Below are positions 12,486 to 25,447 of a stretch of 64,000 bases of DNA, piece by piece. The stretch lies in NCBI GenBank assembly GCA_964016885.1, contig OZ024741.1, positions 78,988,001-79,052,000 of the forward strand. The letters are read 5' to 3'. The position numbers and the translations under genes were made by a program. The notes under the pieces were generated by a model. The model was not told the DNA's origin and did no database searches. It saw only the letters and a program-made list of their open reading frames with translations. Source of the stretch: Eledone cirrhosa (taxonomy: Eukaryota). Position 1 is the stretch's first letter; each line of letters opens with the position of its first letter.

Positions 12486-12959
12486 TATTGGTATATTATT
12501 TAAAATTGGTGAATTTAAAATTAGTTTGTAAAATAGTTGTTGCTATCTTATTTGCTGTTTTTCTAGAAATGCAGATAACAAAATCTTTATGATATTCTTT
12601 TCTTTTCTGTTCTACGTATAAAATAAAACCAAATCATTGACGTCTTTCGAAGCCACAGTGACCCCTAATACGATTAATTATTACAATTTCAACAGTTTGA
12701 AGGGAATGTATATGTATATTCGGCAATCCTTTAAGATTCTAAAAAAACGCGAAGAACCCTTGCTTTAGTATTGTGCAGTCATTTCTTTAATCGATTGGCC
12801 AGAGGAAAATGAGTAGTGGTCATGACCTATTCCAGCCCATAGTGGAAAGGAGGGGGGAAGCTATCTCAAACTGGATACCTGACGTAAATACATGAAACAC
12901 AATTGACTTCGTTAAAGACACCTAATGACTAGGTGGCGGTGTTAAACTGGACTTCAGAT

Positions 12960-13138
12960 TAAGTCTACCGCAGAAAAACAGTAACAATTCCTCCGGTGGG
13001 TTTCACCATATTTCACTCACAAGAGATTTAGTAGACCCGCAGCTAATGTGGAAGACACTTATTTAAAGTACTGTACTGTGAGATCGAGCCGAAAAACATG
13101 TAATTGCGAAGCGAACTTCTAAACCAGTCGGTCCTGCT
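12960..13138 (-). mobile_element. Decayed tRNA-derived SINE (octopus OR-like, recalled similarity)
   Basis: Minus strand has degenerate A/B-box-like head (GACTGGTTTAGAAGTTCGCTTC..GGCTCGATCTC) and body AAGTGTCTTCCAC..TTGTGAGTG. Confidence 0.5.
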
Positions 13139-13659
13139 TATTGCTGATAATTGCCTTCAACTAGTACATGTTCCAAAACCCAGCTGTCCATTTTCGTAAC
13201 AGAGAAATCACAATCATAAATATTACAATGAGATCCATCATAAAACATCTTCAATCTGTTTGTTTTATGTTGTTGATGTTGAGATCATTAAACATGGTAA
13301 TATAATTTATTATATGGAATGACAGCTTTCAGCCACATCTGTAATCGTAGGCGATGTTGGCGACGTTGGCTGGATAATAACTGTGAGTACTGTTTGCTGT
13401 GGTAGTCTTGGATATGGTGTTGTTGTTCATATGCTGTTAGTGGTGTTGAGAGGTTGTTGATGTTGGGAATGGTGTCAGTTGTAGTATCAGTTTTGGTGGA
13501 GTGTTGATCATGGTGTTGGTCTTGATAGTGTTGTTGTTGACAGTGGTGTTTGTGTTAGTAGTAGTGTTGGTATAGCTTGTAGTGTTGCTATTGGTAGTGG
13601 TGTTGTTGGCTGTATTGTTGTTGGTGTTAGTCTTGGCCAGGTAACCGCTCAGCAACAAT

Positions 13660-13760
13660 GAAAGGTCATTTGCCTTTCATCCTTACCGGGTCGATAAAAT
13701 AAAGTACCAGTAATGCTCTGGGTAATTGCTGGCCTTGTGCCAAAAGTAGAAACAATTATT
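13660..13760 (+). mobile_element. 5'-truncated tRNA-derived SINE with Meta-like central domain
   Basis: TTTGCCTTTCATCCTTACCGGGTCGATAAAATAAAGTACCAG..GGCCTTGTGCCAAAAGTAGAAACAATTATT; same family as 25261 and 35413. Confidence 0.85.
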
Positions 13761-16115
13761 TCTCTTCTCACGTATCGCAAATGGTTCTCTGAAGTATTTT
13801 TAGATACCAACGAATAAGAGAAAGAATAAAGGTAAAATTGTCTGTCTTTAAAAAAAGCTAATTACAAATGTAAGAATGTCAGGCATGAGGCGTTCTTTTG
13901 GAATGCTTATTTTCATTCTTTTGGAATGAAATATTTTGAGACAAGTTGATGGTTATAAGAAACAGAGTCAGAGGGTTTCATCAATACAGTCGACTCGAAG
14001 TCAAAGTGATAAAATACAGCAATCAGAACGGCATCCCGTTAGATACCTACTCTTGTTAAAGAGAGGCTTTAAGATTTTTCTCTACTTTGAAAAGAGACAA
14101 TGAAACAGCGGGCAATAAGGATTTAATAGGGAGCTCTGTCGATTTTAAACGATTAAAAACGGATTTTATAGGTAGCTCTGTCTGTTTTGAACAGTTTGAA
14201 AAGCATACTAGATTCACGATGTAAGAATTGATGAAGAATTTGTGAGTGCTGATCAAGAAGCTCTAAAATAAATTTAAACAGAAATAAAAAAAAACATAGA
14301 AGAAAACTTTGTCGACTGGCAGATGTTAATTGGAAAATTGCATTATTTTGGAAGCCAATGCCTTCAAAAACATTTCTTGCGAAAGAAGAAAAAATGTTCC
14401 TGGTTATAAAGCACCAAAAGGCCGAACCGTGATTTAAATAGTAGGAAATATAAATTAAAACGAATGTTTATAAACCGTACCAGTCTCTTAGAATGTAGTC
14501 AGCAATCATTACCAGTCATTGAGCGCCCAAAATGTAAAAAGTGTGGGTAACGAAGTCACGTTTGGAAGATTGATTCTGTCCATCAACAAAAAATATTTTG
14601 TGAATAAAATAAATTTAGCTTTAGAGTTTTGTTGGATTTAGATTATGACCATGTTTTTGATTGATAAGAGGGGAAGAGGAGTTTGCAAAATTAGTAGAAA
14701 TTCTTTTGACAAGGAACCAGAAGGAACGAATGCGGTTTGGGAGGAGAGATAGCTTGAAAGATGTGCGATACATTGAGGCGTCCTCTGCAGTTCGGGGAGT
14801 AGTTTTCAAAAGTTGCAGTCCTTAATAAACATTGCCCATCATTGTTATCTTGTTAATCTTTTCACTTTTGCTGTCAGATTCTTTTCTTCTGGCGATGTCC
14901 GAAATTTTCCCACAATGTTTGCCTAAAAAATATATTTTGAAGGGCGAAGGGGCCCTCCGCTGCCTACTGTTACGTATGCGCATGCCAGTACCTCTACGAC
15001 TTAAAGATTATGGTACTCAATTTCAACAACTGATTTATCTATTGAATATTTTCACTTTAGCGAAAGATTTTGATATGTAACCTAAAGAAATATAAAGAGT
15101 TTAGTAATTGATATTTATTATATGACTCAGAAATACATTTTAACATAACAGTTGTATATTTTTAGGGTCAGAAATCGAAAATTATATTAAAATTATATTT
15201 TAAAAAATGTTTTTAAAAATTATATTATCATAGCTTTTATTGTGAAAAGAAAAACATCAAAAACAACAAACAAACAAGTAAGCTTTTTAAAATTATTCGA
15301 ATATGTTTTTAAATCTTAAGTTTTTGTCTAAAAACGTTAGAACTGCAGAGTGTGTATGGGCGGTGTGGGGGTTCTGTAAACCCACTTCTAATCTTGGGAA
15401 GCATATTTTTAAACACATCAGTATAAGAAATATCTCGAAATAACAGGTTTTTAAAATAATTCGAAACATTATGCAGATGCCAGTTCTTATTTTCTCTGTT
15501 GTTGTGTTTGTTTTTCCTGATATTTTCCAAATCCTCGCACTTTTATTTTTTCCACTTTCTAAAAAGAAATTTGTGTTACTAGCAATATTTATTTATTCAT
15601 CAATTTATCTATTGGATTTTTTTTTTACTTTCTACTCCAAAACCTATTTTTCTGAATTCCGTGTTTCTTTATTCTTTTTTTTCTTTCTTCAGTAAGTTTT
15701 ATCCAGAACGGCTAAGGCTGTTGCACCACTTTCAAAAAATATATATTCATGCATGCTTACATACATGCATACATACATACATACATATATATACATACAT
15801 GCACACAAAAATGTACATATATATATGCATATACATACGTCATAGATACATACATATTAATTACTCGGATATTTACTTAACTTATACGTTTCCAATATAT
15901 ATATATATAGTTGAAAATGAACGAACAAAACACAGGAGGCAATTGTACACAGTTCTCTCTCTCTATATATATATATATACTAGACCACCCGTGACCCCTC
16001 TGGTCATGTTTACTAAAAAATAATTTTTAAATAATTAAAATATGCACAAAATGTATATAATGTAAAATGACATTGGAAAGCCAATATATATATACGTGTA
16101 TGTGTGTATATGTAC

Positions 16116-16164
<49 letters not shown>

Positions 16165-16554
16165 TGTGTGTGTGGGTGTCTGTGGCCTATATACACTGGT
16201 CAAAGACACACACACACACACACACACACATACATCCTGTCCTAACACAAGTTATAAGATACATATAAATTAATATTCAGTCACAAAATTCAAGTTAGAT
16301 ACAGTAATGCTGTATTCGATTCTTTGAAGTCACCTGTCATAATTTCATTCAACAACACCAGCTCTCTCCCCCTCTCTCTCTCACAACCACTATCTGGGTT
16401 TGTATTCACATTTCAATGGTACCTTACTTTCAAAGTATTTTCCCATTATGCGCTGATTTGGCTATTTATAAAGGTACCCGAAAAAACCCCGCGTATCTCG
16501 GGAACCCGTGGTCCGATTTACGCGAAACTTGTCTTTTCACTGTATTTTCACAAA

Positions 16555-16665
16555 GAAAATATCAAAGTATTTTCACAAAGTATTTTCACAAGTATTTCAC
16601 AAGTATTACACAAAGTATTTCACAAAGTATTTTCCAAGTATTTCACAAGTATTTTCACAAAGAAA
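16555..16665. repeat. Tandem ~13-15-bp repeat (CAAAGTATTTTCACA)
   Basis: About eight degenerate units read directly. Confidence 0.85.
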
Positions 16666-17019
16666 ATATCAAATCATTTTTCACTAATAACTATCCAATC
16701 ACTCCACTTCAAAATTCTTTTTACTATATCTCTATGGATGCTTGACTGTTTGTTCTGAAAGATTTTTCTGCTTAAAAAGTTGCAATGTTAATGAAAAGCT
16801 GATTTTATTTACAAAAATTTGAAACAAATTATTCTTACTTGTCTTAGTTTTTCCTTTTCCTTTCATTTTCTGACGTCGGAATCAACATTTTCTCATATTT
16901 ACGCTGTTACAGTTTGTTCAAAAGAATGCTTTTGATGACAACATTCTTAGTTGACTGGGTATCCTTCAGAAACACTGACATTTTCTTTTCGTTTTCCGCG
17001 GCTAAGGGCTACATACCGT

Positions 17020-20000
17020 TGACCGTGTTGGAATACAGGTCGTTCCAGCTAAACCAAGACGTTTTCCATAGTTTGTCCTTGTGCTTTATGAATAGTCATA
17101 GCGAAGCACAATTGAACTGGGAATTAGTTTCGCTGCAAAGGGATATCCTCACCTTCGGATAGATTAATTCTTATTCTAGGTATCATAACGATCTCATTTC
17201 TGAAAGCAGCAGTGTTGATTCTCGCTATTATGAGATTGTCGTGCAGCTCTTCCACGATCATGCGCGTTCCATTACAAAGCCTTGGAGGATTCAAGTTTCT
17301 CATAAGAATTATTGGCGATCCCTTTTTCAATTCCAGGTTATGTGGTGGCAGTCCTGATAGTTCAACCGAATCAAGAAATTCAGTCGGAAAATGAGTGGCA
17401 TTGGCACCATCACTCACAGAATTATAGGATCGGTACTCTTTTATGGTTCCAGGGAAGCGTCTGATACAGGTAGAATTGATGCTTCTCATCATTTCATTGA
17501 GAGGTAATAAGATGCAATTGTTCGAAAGCACTTCAGCTGGATTGTCAAATGAGGGGTAGATGAATCAATACATTCTTCCATAGTTGTTGCTTGGAGAACC
17601 ATTTCTTTTGGCAAAATAATTTCCTCATTTTCAGTTTTTTTTTATCTTATCTTCTCCAATATCCAATAGAAACTGTGAATAGTCTCCTGCTCCCCCACCC
17701 AATCGTATGTTTGTCTTGAACTGAAATCTTTTGAAGCTTCGCCATAAGTAGGATTTTTTAATGCAGGCGTTTTCCACGTCCGCTTCATTTCCCCTTTTTA
17801 CTACCGGAAGAAGCTGACGGAAATCGCAACAGCAAATTGTCAAAATTCCACCGAATGCCTCATTGTTGTCGCATATGTCACGCAGAGTGAGCTCAACAGC
17901 TTCGAAGCTTTCCCTCCGAATCATAGGACACTCATCCCAAACAATCAGCCTTGTATGATGGAAGAGGTTTGCCGTGTTTGAGTTTTTATCAATGTTGCAC
18001 AGACCATTTTCTTTCACTACTATTGGTATTTTGAACATAGAATGCGCTGTTTTTCCACCAGGCATCAGTGTTACGGCAATGCCAGATGAGGCAACAGCAA
18101 TAGCCACGTCACCGTTTCCCCTGACTTTTGAAAGAATTAAGTTAATCAGGAATGTCTTTCCTGTTCCACCTGGAGCGTCAATGAAAATCAATGCAGATGT
18201 GTTCGTCTCTAAACTGTTACAAACGAAGTCATAGGCGTGTTTTTGCTCACTGTTCAATAAAGGCTCCGACTCTTCTACAAATCGTCGCTGTTCTTCTCTG
18301 CTGTATTGCAATTCATGCAATAACTCCAAATTGCCAATATCCTGTTTAGCAACAATATTATTTGGCCTTGGTAAGTTAAAGTCACTAAGACTTTTGCCCA
18401 GGTCGTTAAGTTTGTCTTCCAAATACAGAAGACATTGATCATAATGTCTCTCGCTAATCAAAAGGTTAGAGTTTCTGGTAGCCCTTTTTTCTATTTGAAG
18501 GTAATCCTCAGACAGCGAATGCTTAAATCGAACCCATAAAGCACTGGAATTATCAATTTCTGTATTGGGAAGCCTTGTTCACTCAGCATCTTCCAGAGTC
18601 TGCTGCCAATGATCATCCGATTGAAGCAAACCTTTCTCTCTGCAGACGTCTTTGAATAATGGCAGGAGTTCTCCATCACACATTTTCAAAGAGTTGAAGG
18701 ATACTGGCCCTTTGACGTGATGCAGAAGGAGTCTTAAATAATACAGGTCACCAGTTCGTGGAGAAACAGTGTATACTCGTTCCAAAACGTTCGCCTAAAA
18801 AATCCCTGGATACTGCTCAACTGTTTCCCCAACTTTCTCCTTTTCTATCTCTTATTACTCCAAGTGTAAAACTTTGGCACATCGACATAATACAATATTT
18901 TTGCAAACGGATCGCGATCGCAAAGATCCATGAACTCAGTCAGAGTCGTCTTAACCATGTTATTGTTTACTTTAACAGCAGCATTGACCCGAAAGAAGAT
19001 TTGATTTTCCTCAGGTAGATGAACTTGAAGGCGAACTACGGTCGGTTCTCTCTCATGAATTGGAAATCCAAGTACCAAGGCAACAGCTTCTGAAGGACCG
19101 ATATATCTTCCTGTTAAATACTGTATTATCTCATCTTCCCTGTTCACTCCAAACATTGCCTGATCACTGCCCTTCATAGTATTTTTGATAACGTATTTGA
19201 TCGATTTCACGGAAGAGCACATCTCTACGTTTAGGTGGCAGTTGAACAGTTTTAATAGTTTCATATTGTAAGGAACCACCCATTCCGAAGTTATATTTCG
19301 GCTTCCTTCTTGGTGCTCCTCAAATCCTCCCATTCCTGGAGACCGTCTTCTGTACACAGGATAAGAGTCATCACCAAACAATGTATATTCATTGAAAGGC
19401 TTAGGGTACCGCTTACTGCACGTTACATCTTTCCAACACGGCGAATTGTTAGAGCAATTCGGACCATGGATCATGTGCTTCAGCCCGAATTCATGACCCT
19501 CTGGATTTTTGTTTGGATCTGGTATTTCGGTTTGAACAAATTTATCATATTCCTGCGGTCTGGGCTTGGAGGCTTCATTGAGCATAGCAAACAGTGCACA
19601 TGAGGAAGACCTCGCATTTGATATTCGACTGTCAGCACGTAAGCAATGCACTTGCCAAATAGGCCATCTACTCCAGTAAGATACTTTCTTAACAGTTTCC
19701 GCTTCAGGCCAAATACTCTGGCAATTAAATCTGGCCTGTCATGTGGCTTCTGATTCAGGAATAGGTTTTGCCGGATTTCGGGCCAGTTTGGATTGCATGA
19801 AGAACGAAGGATTGCCGTACTTCCGTATGTACATCATGGCATCCTGGCATCGCTCTATCATATATCTCGGTCCACCGACAAATGTGGAAGAGAGTATGAT
19901 TCGCCTGCCAATATTGCGAAAATCGTCATCATCATTCAATGCGTCAGTAAGGCCCATGTATGTTGTAGATCGCAATGATGTTTCATTCATTCGGATGTCT

Positions 20001-21165
20001 ATCTCCTTCAATCTTCGCAGCCAAATATTGCTGAAATAAACGACCACCTATGAGAAGTTGGTTGAATTCATTCTCATGGTTCATTATTCGATAGGCATAG
20101 TAGCACATTGGCGTCAACTTCTTGTTGTTGCTCATTAACAGCTCATGATGCCATCCGTCATCGCCAAAAGGAAAAAATAGAACATGTTGCAAACTGTCAT
20201 AGGACCGATGGGACTTTGAGATTATTTACAATTGTCCGCCTTTTTCTTTCAACACAATGTGCCGTGCTTTTGCTTGAAGTTCGGTGCTGTTTTGTATAAT
20301 AACGGCAACTTCGTTTGCAGTTTGTGCATTGAATCTTCTTTTATGTTCCATTGCTGGTCTCCTATGAGGATCAATAATAATCGAAGCTTCGGGAATATTT
20401 TTAATTTGTTCTTTTGCCATTAGAAATAAAGCCACGTAAGGGTTATATTGTCTGAGTATTATTTCCAATAATTCAACTATGTTGCGCCGAATGCCATCGT
20501 TATGGAGTATCCTGATCCTCAAATCAACACTATCCTGAGGATCCAAGAAGTAAATTTGAAGAAATTGGGGTTGTTCGTTGGGATTAGGGGTTAAGGAACC
20601 GATGTAATGATGAATTTGACCATGAATAACGATAGAAGGGTTCCATCCACTCCTTGAGGAACGAACTTCTTCGGCCCCAAAATATGTCATTTGGAAAAGG
20701 CAGTTGTATTGTCTGAGGTTCTTCCTGAACTCGTTTGCCCTAGGTGGATCAGTACTAAATAAACTGTGAAGTTCCTGGGGTAAAGGCTGCAGATTCCCCA
20801 ATCTGACTTTTCCATTCATACAGCAAAAGTTAGCAGTTTCACCATGAAAAAGCATTGCATGACAACAGACGCAGATCTTATTCATCTGTCCAACATCCAC
20901 AGAGAGGTCACGTCGTTGAACTGTCCTTGCTCTATCCCTAATGGTTTGTTGGCAAAGGCGTTCAGTTCTCCGAGCGTCCGATTCATGATCTCTCCTTCTT
21001 CTGTCTCTTTCCCTCTGTTCCGCCTGACGCTCAGCTCTCAGACCACCCGATTCATGATCTCTCCTGCTTCTGTCTCTTTCCCTCTGTTCCTCCTGACGCT
21101 CAGCTCTCCGAGCATCCGATTCGTGATCTCTCCTGCTTCTGTCTCTTTCTCTCTATTCACCTTAG
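17020..21165 (-). pseudogene. Helitron Rep/PIF1 helicase pseudogene
   Basis: Broken ORFs 20226-20900 (C..CHAMLF.GE..CCMNGKV), 19739-20047 (TFVGGPRYM..QDAM), 18845-19651 (HMIHGP, CSKRYPK, YPVYRRR, WVVPYN, HLNVE), 17631-18461 (DAPGGTGKT, IVWDE), 17124-17531 (GLPPH.L.LKKGSPIILMRNL..RLCNGTR), then QFPVQLCFAMTIHKAQGQT. Confidence 0.93.
20960..21155 (-). repeat. 69-bp tandem repeat (3 units) encoding a charged 23-aa repeat at the RepHel N-terminus
   Basis: GATTCRTGATC recurs at 20980, 21049 and 21118. Confidence 0.85.
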
Positions 21166-21189
21166 AAAAAATTCCTATTACCTAACAGA

Positions 21190-21765
21190 TATTTTTTTTA
21201 AATCATCATTTAGAAATATTTGTAAATAATGAAAATATTGTCTGTTTAAACAACTCGTATTTTTCAAATCATATTCACTTAAAAAATACTTAATAATAAT
21301 AAAAATATTCTGTTTAAAGAAAGCTGAAATATATATACTCAGTGTACAAATAATTTGTATTTTTTAAGTCATTTTCACTTAAGAATATCTTTTAAATATG
21401 CCAAGAAATATTTTTTCCATCGTATTCACTTGAAAATAATTTTAAAAAAATGAAGATATTGTCTATGTAAATAAAGCTATTTGTGAAATCAAATTCACTT
21501 TAAAATATTTCTAAATAATTGAAATATTCTTTTTAACAAAAGCAAAAATATAAACACCTGCTGTTTAAAACCAACTGGTATTTTTCAGTCATATTCACGT
21601 AATGCTTTTCTGATAATTAAAATATCGTCTGTTTAAAGAAAGCTCAAATATAGATACTTGAAGTACAAACAACTTGTAGTTTTGAAATCATATTCACTGA
21701 GAAATCACTGAAAAATCTTTTTTTTAATAATTATTAAAAATATTTCTCGAATGATGAAAATAGTT
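21190..21765. repeat. Degenerate AT-rich minisatellite in Helitron 5' region
   Basis: Recurring TCATATTCACTT..AAATATT..CTGTTTAAA units. Confidence 0.7.
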
Positions 21766-22641
21766 TATGTCGATTTACGTCAAATTGTTTTATCGCCATT
21801 TCAGGGTTATTTTCCCATTATGCACCGTTTTGGCTATTTACGAAGGTATTCTACACACACACAAATATATATATATATATGTCTCTAACTTAAGTACTGT
21901 TACACACACATAACTCTAAGTACGTAAACACATGCACTGGCACACATACACATACAGATACACACGGTGGCAGTAGAACTGTGAAAGGGAGAGAAAGAAA
22001 AAACGTTATGGATAGGGGGAGAGTTAAAATAAATAAAAGTTAACGGCGCTGTCTCTTTCCCTATCTGTCATCCCCCTCTCTTTCATCTCTTTATTTTCTC
22101 TCTCATACCCTCAAACTCTCTCTTTCTCTCACCATCACTCTCTCTCATCCCTCTCTCTCTTTCCCTCTCTCTCTTTCCCTCTCTCACCCCCCTGTCTCTC
22201 TTACCTACAGAATGGACAACCAAAAAACAAATGGATTATTTCTTTCGATATTCATTATAAAATAAGATAAATTGAATTTAAATGAATTCCTTGCTATTTT
22301 TGGAAAATTGAAAATATTGTCCATGTCCGATTTACGGCAAACTTGTTTTATTCAGAGTATGTTCTTATTATGCAATGTTTTGGCTATTTACGAAGTTTTG
22401 CAGGGTTATGTTAATTTCGGGGTATTTTCCCAGTATGCACTGTTGTGGCTATTTACGAAGGTACCCCCCCAAACCCGCGAATCTCGGGAACCCAGGGTCC
22501 GATTTTCGCGAAACTTGTTTTATTCAATTTGTATTCCTATTTCAGAAGCAACTTGCTTTCAAAGTATTTACCCATTATGCGCCCTTTTGACTGTATTACA
22601 TAACAGACAAGCAAGCATGCAAGATCAGAGTTTTAGTAGTA

Positions 22642-22691
<50 letters not shown>

Positions 22692-23787
22692 GTAGACACA
22701 TTTCAAATTACACACACACACTACCAGTGTGCACTTGTATATCATTATCAAGACTACGCATTTAAATAACACGTACATAAACACACAATTTATATCGCAC
22801 ACACTACGCATACATACACCTGCATGCAAAAACCACTCACTCACATATGCCATCACACATCTCCACACATAAAAAGCCACACGTATCCCATGCTCACAGC
22901 CATACACAGAGCTGCATCTCTATACACAATCATTCTCCCCACACACGCACTTCCACACACTCTCTAACACAGGCTCCCCTCACACGCACATTCGACAGAG
23001 AGCACCGTCACTCACTCCATGCAGTGAATGCATTTCAATTGAACACAAACACCAAAACTATCTTTACGGCGACACACTGTCCCCGAAACAAACAAAAAAT
23101 GTGACAGCTTGCTATTTTCAGTTTATCGGGTAATGAAACCTGGATCTGTCACCGAATGTACCAGGTTGCCGCTTGGTAAACTATTGCTACATGTTGCGTC
23201 TAGGATGAGAGTTTTAAAATTTAACAAAAAATAAATGTGTTTTTTTTTGTTTTTCTTGTTTATCTCAAAATATTACACGATCAACCTATGACCATTCCAC
23301 CTTTGCTTATATATCCATGACCATACTGCTTACGGTGTACTTGGTTTCTTTGTGTTACCATTGGCGAGAGATTTAGCTGCTAATTTTAGTATGATGAACG
23401 ACAATATAGAGGCAACCACATTGGCTCATAGTAGTGGTAGTAGTAATAGTAGTAGTAGTAGATTTTGTTGTAAATGTTATTTAGCCCTGCCCTGGTCAAC
23501 CCTGATCAAACAGACCTGTTACCAAAGACGTCTCAGTTAAGATGATCATTCCTTTTTATGTCTAGAACTTTATTGTCCAGTGTGTTTTTTTAAGACGGTA
23601 AGATGTGGTGCAGAAATATATTTAGCTGCTGTTTCTAACAAAATGAGAAACCATGTTGAGCCTTAATCATTAGCTTCATTTTGAAAATGTTAAATCTTCA
23701 TGCAAGAATCACAGTCGGTCTTATTAAGGGGACGTTCTAATGCAGAGGGTAGTTTTCCCTAAAATGGAAATCGTGTATCGAAACAAA

Positions 23788-24630
23788 TATTGTTATACTG
23801 GGGAGGGTAATATTGTTATAATATTGCCAGAAATAATAACAGAACACTCTCACTGTTTGGTTGGTTTTCGCTTCTGAATCTTTTATATCCCCATAGTTAA
23901 TTTATTTGGCAATCAATGTTTATCATTGATTGATCAGTGGTTAAAAATGCTGATATAAATATATATATATATATAGTCTATCAAAGTTCTTTCGTTGCAC
24001 ATCTGGAAGATCATCAGTGGCACTATTATGTTTCCTCCCATTGTATTGTATGTCTACGCCCTTTTTATTTTAATTAATTAATTTATTTTTTCTTGTCTCT
24101 GTCTCTGCGCATGCGTTTACGTGTGTGTATAATGTTTGGTGTGTGTGTTCGCGTTTGAGTGTATGTGCTTTTGTTTTTGTATTCTATCTTTGTTCACTAG
24201 TGTGTGTTTATATGTGTTTGTTGTTATTGCACTTGTGTATTTATTTATTTATTTATTTATATTTCCCCTAAGTCAGTATTGTTTGTTTGGGTGTGGTTGT
24301 TGTTATTCCATTCGTTTTTTCTGTTTAACTTCGGTCTTCTTAGTTCTATCTCAGTTGCTTTTCTGATTTGCCAACCTGTTGTGTCATTTCTATGCTTAGA
24401 TATTATTTTAATTTCTATGTTGTCTATATTACCGTCATGTCTTTGTCCGGCGTGTTCGTATAGTACTGAACCGTTTTTTGTCCTTTTAGCTATTCTTTCT
24501 CCTATGCTTCGAACTGTCTCATCTATGTATATCGTTGTCATGTTTCTGCGAGTACCCTCTGCACATGTTATGCTATAGACTACATTTCTAGTTTTACAGT
24601 TTATCTGGGGGTTCATTTTACATATAACAC
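23788..24630 (-). mobile_element. Penelope-like (Neptune-type GIY-YIG) remnant
   Basis: ORF 24257-24616: NCKTRNVVYSITC..IYIDETVRSIGERI..YEHAGQRH..IRKATEIELRRPKLNR; homologous to 3774-4485 through to CCCTCCCC-AGTATAACAATA. Confidence 0.85.
23973..24026 (-). ncRNA. Putative degenerate hammerhead ribozyme, second copy
   Basis: Minus strand CTGATGA-TCTTCCA-gatg-TGCAAC-GAAAGAACTT; stem II has two mismatches. Confidence 0.4.
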
Positions 24631-24747
24631 ATTTTCTTATTTGCTAGCTCCTCGGTCAGCCCTTGTCTATTTGTGTCATGACTTTTCTCACAGCACAACG
24701 TACCCAATTCCAAGAGAGAAAGAAAAACGAGAGAGACAGAGAGGACA

Positions 24748-24897
24748 ATCGACCCCAGTATTTGATTGTTACTTTATTTATCGAAGGATGAAATTCAAAT
24801 TTGACATCGAAGAGATTTGACCTCAGAGCACAGAGAACTGTAACAAATACAGCAATGCGTTACACCCGATGTTCTAAAACCTATATCGATTCGTCTT
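24748..24897 (-). mobile_element. Older decayed Meta-like SINE
   Basis: Degenerate reverse complement of the GAGTTCAAATC..CATCCTT..GATAAA..TACCAG motifs. Confidence 0.6.
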
Positions 24898-25260
24898 CTG
24901 GTCTTCAAATAAATATTATTCAAATCAAAGGGATATCGTAAGGGATAAACGATCTTTTTTTGTTCTCAGTCTGTTATTTAATGTTATATTTTGCCTAGCT
25001 AAAGATAACTTTTCTTTCTCGAACCATAAGAAGGACTTGTACAGAAGACCCGTGCTCCGGAGAGGAGTTGTTGGGTACAAGCTAAATATACATATTCTAT
25101 GCAATCATTGAATCTGTAAGAAATAAACACATAAATCCCCCTCAAATCTCCTCCATGTGTATAAAAGAAATCAAAAGTACGTTGGATAATGTAATTTTAT
25201 ATACACTGTGTCTAAACAAAAGACGAGATGGTCAAGATTAGGACATATTCAATCATAATT

Positions 25261-25447
25261 GTTTCTACTTTAGGCACAAGGCCAGCAATTACCCAGTGCA
25301 TTACTGGTACTTTATTTTATCGACCCCGTAAGGATGAAAGGCAAAGTCAACCTCGGCGGGATTTGAACTCAGATCGTAAAGGGACGTAACTATGCTGGAA
25401 AGCATGGCGTCCGACCCTCTACCGATACTGCCAATACACCGCCCTTT
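25261..25447 (-). mobile_element. Full-length tRNA-derived SINE (Meta-like domain)
   Basis: A box TGGCAGTATCGG, B box GAGTTCAAATCC, central domain; 10-bp TSD AATCATAATT at 25251-25260 and 25448-25457. Confidence 0.9.

Larger units (their letters stand above)
15980..22648 (-). mobile_element. Decayed autonomous-type Helitron
   Basis: 3' end hairpin CATGACCagagGGGTCACG + CTAG|T at 15980-16008; 5' end TATACTACTACTAAAA merging into (TA)n at ~22648; contains RepHel pseudogene. Confidence 0.85.

Noticed and set aside
13320-13658. Thr/Asn-rich mucin-like exon on the minus strand
   Set aside because: Degenerate (AAC/ACC) trinucleotide tract with stops and no convincing splice context.
13880-14990. 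Decayed hAT/ZMYM-like transposase remnant
   Set aside because: Only vague motif resemblance; no matching TIR pair or TSD found.
17631-18461. Host PIF1 helicase gene
   Set aside because: Intronless, frameshifted, downstream of a Helitron Rep domain and inside Helitron termini.
20960-21155. CRISPR-like spaced repeat
   Set aside because: Contiguous 69-bp coding tandem repeat without unique spacers; eukaryotic context, no cas genes.
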